22,771 nt of DNA, from NCBI GenBank assembly GCA_018238625.1, contig JABCSY010000066.1, positions 1 through 22,771 on the forward strand, given 5' to 3'. This stretch comes from Promethearchaeota archaeon. Lineage in GTDB: Archaea > Asgardarchaeota > Lokiarchaeia > Sigyniarchaeales > SOKP01. Both the position numbers and the translations under genes were made by a program. This document shows, in pieces, positions 8,594-17,285 of this stretch. The stretch's first letter is position 1. Each line of letters begins with the position of its first letter. The notes below the pieces were generated by a model. It ran no database searches. It worked only from the letters and a program-made list of their open reading frames with translations, and was not told where the DNA came from.

Positions 8594-9478
8594 ATGGGTA
8601 CTAAAAATAAAGCTTTGGACCATAAGAAATTTATATTCGCTTATTTCCCCGGCAAATCTTTAATGCATAGGCTAAATCCAATATCAAAAATAATTTTTCT
8701 GGTTCTACTTACGATCCTTACTTTTACAATTAATAGCGTAATTTTCTTAGCTTCTATATCGTTTTTTTTAATTGTTTTAGCGCTAACGAGCGGAATAACT
8801 TTGAAAAACTTAGTTAAGAAATTAAAATTTATTATATTTATTCTTATTTTCAGCGTGGTCTTAAACATTTTTTTTAACGCAATTCCGAGCGACCAAGATG
8901 TAGTGCTATTTTACTTGTTTAACTTGTCTTTTTTACCAATTAGGAGATTAGCTTTATATTTTGCGCTAAGGGCATTATTTATTGTATTAACCTTGTATAC
9001 TTCTGCGATTATTTTCACAAGTACAACATCCATGAAAGATTTTGTTTATTCGCTAATAAGACTAAAAATACCCTACTCATATTGTTTTTCTTTTATGGTT
9101 GGTATTAGGTACATTCCTTCAATTGAAGACGAAGCCAAAACTATCGCCTTAGCTCAAAGAGCTCGCGGTTTAGGCTTGGAAAAAATTAGTTCGATAAAAA
9201 AAGCGTATAATTTAATTTTTGAGAGACTTGTAACGACATTGGTTTCAATTTTAAGAAAAACCCATACAACATCGATTTCAATGGAAAGTCGCTGTTTTGG
9301 TTTGTACAAAAAAAGAACTAATTTAATAAAAATAAGTTTTAAAGCAAAAGACATCATTTTTATCCTTCTTTGTATAGGGGTTTTTATTACAATTATTTTA
9401 TATTTATTAAAATTGCTTCCACTCCCTCCAATTCCTTCCTTATATAATATTTTTACTAACAATCTAATGATGTTATAA
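8594..9478 (+). CDS. ecfT: ECF transporter transmembrane T component (CbiQ/EcfT family)
   Basis: SLMHRLNPISK, TTS..D, GIRYIP, AQRARG and SMESRCF (the two conserved x-R-x motifs). Confidence 0.92.
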   Translation: MGTKNKALDHKKFIFAYFPGKSLMHRLNPISKIIFLVLLTILTFTINSVIFLASISFFLIVLALTSGITLKNLVKKLKFIIFILIFSVVLNIFFNAIPSDQDVVLFYLFNLSFLPIRRLALYFALRALFIVLTLYTSAIIFTSTTSMKDFVYSLIRLKIPYSYCFSFMVGIRYIPSIEDEAKTIALAQRARGLGLEKISSIKKAYNLIFERLVTTLVSILRKTHTTSISMESRCFGLYKKRTNLIKISFKAKDIIFILLCIGVFITIILYLLKLLPLPPIPSLYNIFTNNLMML

Positions 9479-9589
9479 AAAGATATTTTTATATCACATA
9501 AATTTTAAGTATAAAGATTCCATTTATTTTTATAACTTTTTTGAATAAGGATTAATAATAAATATAAGATTTTTTAAGAGATAATTAAC

Positions 9590-10252
9590 ATGCGTCCTCA
9601 ACAAAATTCATACAAAATAATTTTACTTATTTCTATTGGATTAATAGTTGCTTTAGCATTGTTGTTAAATGATTCTATGATTCTTATTTTCCCTCTTTTT
9701 CTACTAATTTGGATGTTTTTCCCCAATCATGTTGAAGAAGCAGATTGGTCAAAGAATAAATCATTTATTTTTTATTTAATAATTGGCACAATCGTGGGTT
9801 TAATTACTGAGTTATTTGCAATCTTAAATAATTTGTCAAAACCTCCAGAAGAACGAATATTATTTCATCCAGATCCCGCTATTAATATTGTTTTAGCAAT
9901 TTTTTATTACTTTCCTATATTTTTTTTTGCTGCAATTATCCTCCATAAATATAAAATGACGGAAATAAATGTATTTTTAATTGGAGGTATATACGGAATC
10001 TGTACAGAGCAAATGTTTCAAATCTTATTATCTTTTAATCTGATTCTATGGTTTTATGTCTTTCTTGTATATGGTTCATTTATAACAATACCTTATACTA
10101 TTTTTAAGAATAGACTTAATAACTTCGATCTAAAAGAAATTAATAAATTAAAATCAATGATTATACTTTTTATTGCGCTTCTTTTGGGTTTTATTGGGGC
10201 TTTTTTACTAATGGGAATTGCTTGGATACTTCTTGGTTTACCTCTAGTTTGA
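9590..10252 (+). CDS. Polytopic membrane protein of unknown function
   Basis: About 7 hydrophobic segments; intramembrane GLITE and GGIYGICTEQ motifs. Confidence 0.75.
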   Translation: MRPQQNSYKIILLISIGLIVALALLLNDSMILIFPLFLLIWMFFPNHVEEADWSKNKSFIFYLIIGTIVGLITELFAILNNLSKPPEERILFHPDPAINIVLAIFYYFPIFFFAAIILHKYKMTEINVFLIGGIYGICTEQMFQILLSFNLILWFYVFLVYGSFITIPYTIFKNRLNNFDLKEINKLKSMIILFIALLLGFIGAFLLMGIAWILLGLPLV

Positions 10253-10293
10253 TAAAAAAAATAAAGAAATTAATTATTTCAATTATTTATGCT

Positions 10294-10462
10294 TTAAAAC
10301 TTAGTTTTTTTAAACCCTAACTTAATAAGCAGTATTTGAAATCTTAATTTTAACGATTTCCAATGTTCATTCCTCATTTTTAATCCTATTCTAATTTTGT
10401 TCTTCTTTTCCCAATTGTCAACAAAAAACAGATATACTGCCGAAATTATCATTAGAAAAGGA
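10294..10462 (-). pseudogene. Orphan 3' fragment paralogous to the C-terminus of the 11392-13431 hydrolase
   Basis: Reads PFLMIISAVYLFFVDNWEKKNKIRIGLKMRNEHWKSL...KF* versus PFLMIISAISLLFVGNWERKNKIRLGLKKAK in the intact gene. An in-frame TAA lies just upstream. Confidence 0.8.
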
Positions 10463-11542
10463 TGAGTACTATTTTAAAGCATCTTTATTTAGTATATTTT
10501 TTACATAAGCTTATTTTTTAGAATTAATGCGTAATTTGGTTATTTAATAAACTTAGATATTAAATCTTTATATCCTGGGTATTTATTTCTTTCAATTGTA
10601 TACTTTCTTACCGAATTATCCCATCTAATACTTTTAAGTATCGCTTGAGTTAAGAAATTTGGATTAGTTATATAAGTTCCACCTATTACATCGATTCCAC
10701 GTTTAAATAAAGGATCTGGTAGAAAACTAGTTGTTGGTCCTATAACTGATACTTTTTCAACATTAGTACAATAATCCAATACCTCATCTAAAGTTTCATT
10801 TAAAACTGTAGTACCTGTAATCAAAATTTTATTGCAATCCTTTAATTTAGATGAATCTAATGTTACTAACCAATTTTTTGCTTTCTGTATTAGTACTTCT
10901 TTTTTTTCTATAATGATTAGTTTAGATCCAATTTTTTCAATTAATCTAACTAAAGGTGGAAAAAAACCCACCATGCCAATGACATCAGACCTTTTAATAT
11001 TTAATAGACCAAGGGAATCAGATGTAAAATCGAATGAGAAATTTGCTTTATTAAAAATAAATTGACTAATGGCATTAATACATCCTAAAGCTAATGATTT
11101 TTCAAATAGATCATTTGATCCAAACAATTTAGCTATAGATATTAGATCTGAACCATTAAATTTTGTTAAATCCTCATTCTTGAACCTATTTTTAGTTATT
11201 GGGTTCAAATTAATATACACTAAACCAATTGTGTTATCTTCTAAAATTATAACAGAAAAGTTAGATTTCTTTAAGCCTTCATTGCTTTGGGGCGTGATAA
11301 TTTCCTTTATTAAAGGTAAATCAACTTTTTTTGAAATTTTATCAGCTATTTTTATAAAATCAGAAGAGATTGACATTATTAATTAAAATAGTTAGCTCTT
11401 AAATTTTTTTTTTAATTTCATCAAAATATCTTTTAAATTTAGTTTTCTTTTAGCTTTTTTTAATCCTAATCTAATTTTATTTTTTCTTTCCCAATTGCCA
11501 ACAAAAAGCAGAGATATTGCAGAAATTATCATAAGAAAAGGA
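10381..11542. repeat. Degenerate direct repeat: 10381-10462 and 11461-11542
   Basis: Manual ungapped alignment gives 71/82 identical bases, offset 1080 bp. Confidence 0.9.
10540..11376 (-). CDS. DUF364 family protein (Rossmann-like, putative metal-chelation domain)
   Basis: SLALGCINAISQ, IGMVGFFPPL, LITGTTVLNETLD, VIGPTTSFLPDPLFKRGIDVIGG. Confidence 0.85.
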   Translation of the reverse strand: MSISSDFIKIADKISKKVDLPLIKEIITPQSNEGLKKSNFSVIILEDNTIGLVYINLNPITKNRFKNEDLTKFNGSDLISIAKLFGSNDLFEKSLALGCINAISQFIFNKANFSFDFTSDSLGLLNIKRSDVIGMVGFFPPLVRLIEKIGSKLIIIEKKEVLIQKAKNWLVTLDSSKLKDCNKILITGTTVLNETLDEVLDYCTNVEKVSVIGPTTSFLPDPLFKRGIDVIGGTYITNPNFLTQAILKSIRWDNSVRKYTIERNKYPGYKDLISKFIK

Positions 11543-13431
11543 CCAACTCCGGGATATATTAATCCAAAATTGGATATTAACTTTGAAGGGTCTAGCACAC
11601 CAGAAAGAATTGGTATTATGCAAATAAAAATTAAACCAATAGTCGGATATATTAATTTAAGTATAGCGGAAGTCATTGGGCTAATGAAGTTTAAATTCGA
11701 GTTAATTATTGCTGAAGTAAAAAAGATAATCGTTAATAGAGGGGCTATTTCGCCAAAAAATACTTCCCAAGTGTATAAATTGTTAAAAAAATATATGTGC
11801 GAAAGAGTAACCCCTCCGCTTTCGTATACTATCCAAGGCATTATAAGAGCAACGTAATAAATCAAATCTAAGATAAATATTAAAACAACTTCAATAAGTA
11901 AACTCCGTTTCGCGTCGAGTTTATCCTCAATGTCTGATTCTGAAATTTTGTCAAACTTTCTCCAAATCGATAACGCAAAAGGAATAACAATAAAAAATGA
12001 AATTATAACTACGAATGGGATGGTGTAATTACTGATCATTACTCCCGCCGAGAAAATATTCGAAGAAAACCATACATCACTCATATTTTTTAAATTTACG
12101 ATGATGTAATAATCTAGGCGTGAATTGACGATCGCAGGATTTAGTTCTCCTTCCCAATTATTTCCACCCGTTTTTTGAAGATTAAACCTTTGCCAAACAA
12201 ATCCAACTATATCTAAATATTTGTAAACGATTTGAACCGAATCGATTTCGACCGTTGAATTTACTCGTAAAGAAATTTTTAAACTATCCCCAAGTAAACC
12301 GTGATTCTTACGATCGCTAGTAATGTTAATTTTTGGCGGAACAGAACCGTTGTTAAGAATATAATCGATGAAAAATTTTGTTGAATTTTCAAATCTTGGA
12401 AAACCGTGATGATCGTTAGGAAAAATCTGAAGAAATTTCTTATCGTGCTGGACAGATTCATAAGTACCTTTTATCGAGCTATAATGAAAGAAATCGTCGT
12501 TTGTTCCTATTTGCCACATGATTGGAGGGAGTTTAGTAGAATTTAAGTAGAAAATTGGATCAAATCTTAAAAGCTGGTTTGTTAAATAAGACCCAGATAT
12601 TTCTTCGACGCTTTTCCCTAGAATCCAAAAAATTAGTTTATCAGGATATAGTAAGTTTTTAGCGATATCTCCAATTGAAATATAAGCTAAAATCCCTGCA
12701 ATTCTTTCCCCTGCAATACTAGCGAGCCACATAGCGTTTAATCCGCCATAAGATTTGCCTGTAACCATTATTTGAGAATTATTAACAAATGTAAGATTTT
12801 CAAGCACTCTTAACCCTTGTATTGCCCCACATAAAGTTAGATAGAAATGTGCTGACTCGTTATAGGTTCCTGTATAAAAAATATTATTCGGTTCTGGTTC
12901 AGCACCTTCAGAATCGCCGTGACCTGGGTGCGCATGGCATAAGACTACAAAACCTTTTTCTAAATATGGAATCGCCAATTCAAACACATCTTTAATTTCT
13001 GCATTTAAACCGTGCATGCATAAACATCCTGGATTAGAACTTTTGATAATTTCTGGATAAAGTATAAAACCTCGTAGTGTTAAGTTCTGTTGCAGTGCTC
13101 CAACCCAATTCGGTGAAGTAAAATTAATATCTTGAGCTTTTAGTTCATATATTTTATTAGAAATGGGGTTAACATGCTTTATGGTACGATTTTCGCCAAA
13201 AACAATGTTTAAAGGTGTGTTATTCACTCTTTCAATTTCAGTTTCCCAAAAATCTAATATATCAAAACTATCACCATTTTCTGATATCGACAAAGACTGG
13301 TCGTAATTTTGTTTTGATGTACTATTTAAATTTGTTATAAAATTCGATGCTAACAAAAATAAAATTACTGTAATAAAAACTAGACTTGTGTTTTTCGTTT
13401 CCTTTCTATTAAACCCAAATTTTGGACGCAT
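11392..13431 (-). CDS. Membrane-anchored alpha/beta hydrolase (esterase/peptidase S9-like or PqaA-like)
   Basis: CMHG oxyanion motif, PGHGDS, nucleophile GKSYGG, GTNDDFF (Asp), PNDHH (His). N-terminal TM, a beta-sandwich segment and several C-terminal TMs. Confidence 0.85.
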   Translation of the reverse strand: MRPKFGFNRKETKNTSLVFITVILFLLASNFITNLNSTSKQNYDQSLSISENGDSFDILDFWETEIERVNNTPLNIVFGENRTIKHVNPISNKIYELKAQDINFTSPNWVGALQQNLTLRGFILYPEIIKSSNPGCLCMHGLNAEIKDVFELAIPYLEKGFVVLCHAHPGHGDSEGAEPEPNNIFYTGTYNESAHFYLTLCGAIQGLRVLENLTFVNNSQIMVTGKSYGGLNAMWLASIAGERIAGILAYISIGDIAKNLLYPDKLIFWILGKSVEEISGSYLTNQLLRFDPIFYLNSTKLPPIMWQIGTNDDFFHYSSIKGTYESVQHDKKFLQIFPNDHHGFPRFENSTKFFIDYILNNGSVPPKINITSDRKNHGLLGDSLKISLRVNSTVEIDSVQIVYKYLDIVGFVWQRFNLQKTGGNNWEGELNPAIVNSRLDYYIIVNLKNMSDVWFSSNIFSAGVMISNYTIPFVVIISFFIVIPFALSIWRKFDKISESDIEDKLDAKRSLLIEVVLIFILDLIYYVALIMPWIVYESGGVTLSHIYFFNNLYTWEVFFGEIAPLLTIIFFTSAIINSNLNFISPMTSAILKLIYPTIGLIFICIIPILSGVLDPSKLISNFGLIYPGVGPFLMIISAISLLFVGNWERKNKIRLGLKKAKRKLNLKDILMKLKKKFKS

Positions 13432-13537
13432 AATTAACTTAAGTTAAAATCCATCGTTAATTAAAAAATTATTATTATTTTTTATAAACTCTATTATCTT
13501 AAGTTTAGTTTTTTAGAAATGAAATATTAATAATATC

Positions 13538-14410
13538 ATGCTAAAAGCTTCTGAGATTGTGAAAGAGATACAAAGTAAATACAAAATCATTGGGAGAACT
13601 GAAGAATTAAAAAAAATTGTGTTAGCACATTCAGTAAGCAAGAATATTTTATTAGAAGGTTCAGTAGGTGTGGGTAAGACCAGGATCGCAAAGGCAATTG
13701 CTTCTTATTACGATATTGGTTTTGCTCGAATAGACTGTTCAGAAGAAACGCTTGCTCATAATTTGGTTGGTTATTGGGACCCACCAATGGTGATTTCAAA
13801 GGGTTATATAGAAGACGCTTACGTTTATGGGCCACTTTCTTCATCGATGCTCAAAGGTGGGTGTCTTTTTATTAACGAAATAAACAGAATGCCTGAAAGC
13901 ACTCAAAACTCTCTTTTAACTGCATTAGACGAAGGTACGATAGAAATACCTAAACTAAAAACAATTAAAGCTCATAAAAAGTTTTTTGTCATTGCCACAC
14001 AAAATCCTGCCGCTCATATAGGCGTGACCGTTATAGGCGAGGCATTGAAAGATAGGTTTATTTGGATAAAATTAGATTTCCAGCCTCCTGAAGAAGAAAT
14101 TCTCATTATTAAACAAGAAGCCAATCTGAGTAATCCTAGTGGCGATAAAATCGCAAAGATTTCACAACAAATAGTTCAAATTTCAAGAAATATTACATCA
14201 ATACGCAGGGGCAGTTCGATAAGAGGCGCAATTGACTTAGCAGATTTAATTTCTAAATCGGAAATTGAAAATAGCTCAAAAAATTGGGTCGATGCGGCAA
14301 TCATGGCTTTGTATAACAAGATTGACCTTGAAGATGGCGTAACCAGTTCTAAAACCGAAATTATTACAGATATTGTGCTATCAGTTTTAAACAAAATGGA
14401 TTTTCAATAG
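13538..14410 (+). CDS. MoxR-family AAA+ ATPase
   Basis: Walker A GSVGVGKT, Walker B variant LFINEINR, IATQNP, ALKDRF (Arg finger), SIRGA (sensor 2). Confidence 0.92.
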   Translation: MLKASEIVKEIQSKYKIIGRTEELKKIVLAHSVSKNILLEGSVGVGKTRIAKAIASYYDIGFARIDCSEETLAHNLVGYWDPPMVISKGYIEDAYVYGPLSSSMLKGGCLFINEINRMPESTQNSLLTALDEGTIEIPKLKTIKAHKKFFVIATQNPAAHIGVTVIGEALKDRFIWIKLDFQPPEEEILIIKQEANLSNPSGDKIAKISQQIVQISRNITSIRRGSSIRGAIDLADLISKSEIENSSKNWVDAAIMALYNKIDLEDGVTSSKTEIITDIVLSVLNKMDFQ

Positions 14411-14447
14411 TCGATGATTTCTCTGCGGAGGATTCCGAGGAGATTGA
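14386..14447 (+). promoter_or_regulatory. Candidate -1 programmed ribosomal frameshift signal (two slippery heptamers plus a 3' hairpin)
   Basis: T_TTA_AAC (14386-14392) and G_GAT_TTT (14398-14404) are both in the correct MoxR phase. A hairpin at 14411-14447 begins 6 nt after the second. Confidence 0.65.
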
Positions 14448-15522
14448 GAGTAAAAGGCTTCATGTTAGACTTACAGAAAGGATTCCCGACGGAGAGATCT
14501 TAAGATTTGAAATAATTCGGAAAAAAAGGAAAAAACCAGATTATTACCAGCATTTGGCAAATACTTTAGACTACAAGCAAATTAAGGAACTGACTTACTT
14601 AGCTATTCAACACAAGAATCTCGAAGCAATGTTAGGCTTACTTAAGTCAAACGTATACGCCGCAACCGACGCTTTGGATTGTGACGAGGGCGTGCAATTC
14701 TTCACAGAAAAAGCAAGAAATTCTGAAGCCTCTATGGCAGAAGTCTACTTCTTTATCAGACGTCCAATTTCAGAAAAATACAAAAAGATTTTTAGAAGGC
14801 TAGCCAGACAGAGCATATTGAAAACTTCGTTAAAAATAACAAGCAAGGGAATTAGAGGAAATTATAAGAAAACTGTCCCTTATTATCATGTTGGTATGCC
14901 AGAGTTTGACTTAGATGAAACTATCCAACACAATCCATTGAATATTTACAAAAAAAGCTTAACTTATAAAGACATCTACGGAATAAGAAGACAACGACAA
15001 AAAAGAAAAATTATTCTGATTCTTGACACAAGTGGAAGCATGTACGGCAAACTTTTGCTTAATGCGGCTCTTACTACTTCCGTTTTAGCCTATAATATGG
15101 AAAAAGAAGAATACGGTATAGTTTTATTCAACTCTACCGCAATGGTTCTAAAAAAGATCGACGAAAAAAAGCCAATTATAACAATAATCGACGAAATTTT
15201 GGATTCTGAAGCCGTTGGTTTTACTAACATCCATATTGGTTTAGAGAAAGGGTTGAAAGAATTAGATAAAATTAAAGAAAGAACAAGAAACAAATTTGGA
15301 ATTTTAATTAGTGATGGTAACTATAATAGAGGGGATAACCCAATCGACTTAGCGAAAAAGTATCCTAAATTACATGTAATAGGGATACCTGCCGAAAATG
15401 ATGCCGCAAGAGGCATCGATACGTGCAGAGAAATTGCTAAAGCGGGACAAGGTAAGTTTTTTGCCGTAAATAATTACAGAGAAATTCCGAGGGCATTAAT
15501 CGAACTATTATCCCAAATTTAA
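14404..15522 (+). CDS. vWA-domain protein (CoxE/ChlD-like); probably the -1 frame extension of the MoxR gene (ORF-track start is TTG 14554)
   Basis: FDLDETI, MIDAS LILDTSGSM, GFTNI, LISDG. The frame is open from 14353 with no ATG/GTG/TTG before 14554 and encodes SIVDDFSAEDSEEIESKRLHVRLTERIPDGEILRFEIIRKKRKKPDYYQH. Confidence 0.85.
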   Translation, partial: SIVDDFSAEDSEEIESKRLHVRLTERIPDGEILRFEIIRKKRKKPDYYQHLANTLDYKQIKELTYLAIQHKNLEAMLGLLKSNVYAATDALDCDEGVQFFTEKARNSEASMAEVYFFIRRPISEKYKKIFRRLARQSILKTSLKITSKGIRGNYKKTVPYYHVGMPEFDLDETIQHNPLNIYKKSLTYKDIYGIRRQRQKRKIILILDTSGSMYGKLLLNAALTTSVLAYNMEKEEYGIVLFNSTAMVLKKIDEKKPIITIIDEILDSEAVGFTNIHIGLEKGLKELDKIKERTRNKFGILISDGNYNRGDNPIDLAKKYPKLHVIGIPAENDAARGIDTCREIAKAGQGKFFAVNNYREIPRALIELLSQI

Positions 15523-15650
15523 CATAAACTTTTAACTTTCTATTAGTCAAAGTGTTTCTCTCTTAGCTAAGAGAAAATTATAATATTTTTTTATCTTAAT
15601 GCTTTTATAAAGGTAACATCATCAAATTTTTATGATAAATTAAGATAGGA

Positions 15651-16193
15651 TTGAATAAAATGGCTTTAACAAACACAAAAAATTTCAATATAATTTCGGG
15701 AATCATTATTATTGCTCTTTCTCTCTTGCTTTTTATTTACTCTGCCGCAGCTGTCGTTTCTATATTAGTAATTTTAGCTGTAATTATGATATTCATAGGA
15801 TTAACCCAAATATTGAATGCTAGATATGACAATCATTTAAAAAGGAGTAATCTTGTTGTAAAGTATTTAATGGCAATTCTCGAATTGTTTATGGGAATAA
15901 TTCTCATCATCAGTTTAATCACTGATCCTATTGGTACTGCGATTTTCAGCATACGGTTGCTTGGATTTGTAATCCTTCTTGTAGGGTTATCGATGTTATA
16001 TGTTGGTTCAATGAATTATGATTATCGCAAAGAATATCGCCATATCCTAATGATATTTGGTTTATTGACTATAATTTTTGGTGTTTTGATCTTAATTATC
16101 CCTACTGTGGTATTTAACCTCGTAGCTATAGTGGTTGCTCTCCCCCTATTATTTACTGGATTAAGTAGATTACTAAAGGGAATTTTAAATTAA
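15651..16193 (+). CDS. DUF308/HdeD-like membrane protein
   Basis: Six TMs arranged as three helix-pair repeats (IISGIIII, IFIGLTQI, IFGLLTIIFGVLILIIP). Likely start is ATG 15660. Confidence 0.75.
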   Translation: MNKMALTNTKNFNIISGIIIIALSLLLFIYSAAAVVSILVILAVIMIFIGLTQILNARYDNHLKRSNLVVKYLMAILELFMGIILIISLITDPIGTAIFSIRLLGFVILLVGLSMLYVGSMNYDYRKEYRHILMIFGLLTIIFGVLILIIPTVVFNLVAIVVALPLLFTGLSRLLKGILN

Positions 16194-16223
16194 TCAGAAA
16201 AAAAGGTAAATGAAGGCGATTTT

Positions 16224-16688
16224 ATGGATAAAGTAATAAGAAACGCTACAGAAAAAGATGTGGATATTATCGTAAAGATGTATTTAGAGGAAGTCGAAAA
16301 CAATCAACAGCGCGCTCAAAAGTTTGCTAAAGATTTAATTTATCGGTATAAAACAAATATTTGCGTAAGCGAAAAAAATGTCCTTGGAACTATTACATGG
16401 GATACTCGGGGTGGTTTGGACGACGGTATTATAGAGTTAGTTGCATTAGGTACACGTTCAGAATTTCAAAGACAAGGCGTAATGAGAGAATTAGTGTTGT
16501 CGATAGAAAATGAAGCAAAAAAATATTTCTCTAAAGCGGGACATAAATTGCGCGTTATTTATCTCTTTATGGAAAAAAGCAACAATACAGGTGAACTATT
16601 CTATAGCCATATGGGATTTAGCAAGGTTTCAGAGATTCCAGCATTCCTTCCCAAAGATGATGCGGTAATGTGGATTAAATATTTTTAA
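16224..16688 (+). CDS. GNAT family N-acetyltransferase
   Basis: IRNATEKD, motif A EFQRQGV, motif B N..GELFYSHMGF. Confidence 0.9.
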   Translation: MDKVIRNATEKDVDIIVKMYLEEVENNQQRAQKFAKDLIYRYKTNICVSEKNVLGTITWDTRGGLDDGIIELVALGTRSEFQRQGVMRELVLSIENEAKKYFSKAGHKLRVIYLFMEKSNNTGELFYSHMGFSKVSEIPAFLPKDDAVMWIKYF

Positions 16689-16732
16689 TATTAATTATTT
16701 TTCATTAAGATATAAAAAAAGATATAAATCTT

Positions 16733-17071
16733 TTAAAGGATTTTTGTTTCTGAAGTAGGAGTAGGCGTTTTAATAACTAAGAATCGAAATATATCGTCAG
16801 ATTCGTTTGCCAATATATGAGCGATTTTAGCAGGACTGAAGATTAATTGATCCTTGTGAATTTCTTTTCTTTCTTTTCCAATCTCAACAATACCGTTGCC
16901 TTCAAGAACGTAGAAAAACGCGTCTACAGGAGTTAAGTGCCTTTTAAGGGCCTCTCCTGGTTTAAGTTCTATATGAACGATTGTTGCGTGCTCAAAATTA
17001 AATAATTTTTTAACTGCTACTTTATGAGGTGTGTCAGCAATTTGAACATCTTTAACATCTATTATATTCAT
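16733..17071 (-). CDS. Cupin domain protein
   Basis: LKPGEALKRHLTPVDAFFYVLEGNG and PAKIAHILAN. Confidence 0.9.
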   Translation of the reverse strand: MNIIDVKDVQIADTPHKVAVKKLFNFEHATIVHIELKPGEALKRHLTPVDAFFYVLEGNGIVEIGKERKEIHKDQLIFSPAKIAHILANESDDIFRFLVIKTPTPTSETKIL

Positions 17072-17285
17072 CTAATTTTCATCTTGACTTTTTATTTTTT
17101 AATTTTTAATAACTAAGCTGTCTAAAATTTGATAAGATATAAGTTTTAAAGCGAACATCTTCGAGATTAGTTTTTCTCCTATACCATGCTTAAACTGCTA
17201 AATACAAGATAAATGCAATTTATGGTCTTCAAATAAAAGTTTATTCTAAAACCAATAAAAAAAAGAAATTTGGGAAGATAAAATC

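Noticed and set aside
14554-14556. TTG as the true vWA start
   Set aside because: No evident ribosome-binding site or promoter, and the frame stays open and protein-like for about 200 nt upstream. Kept only as a fallback.
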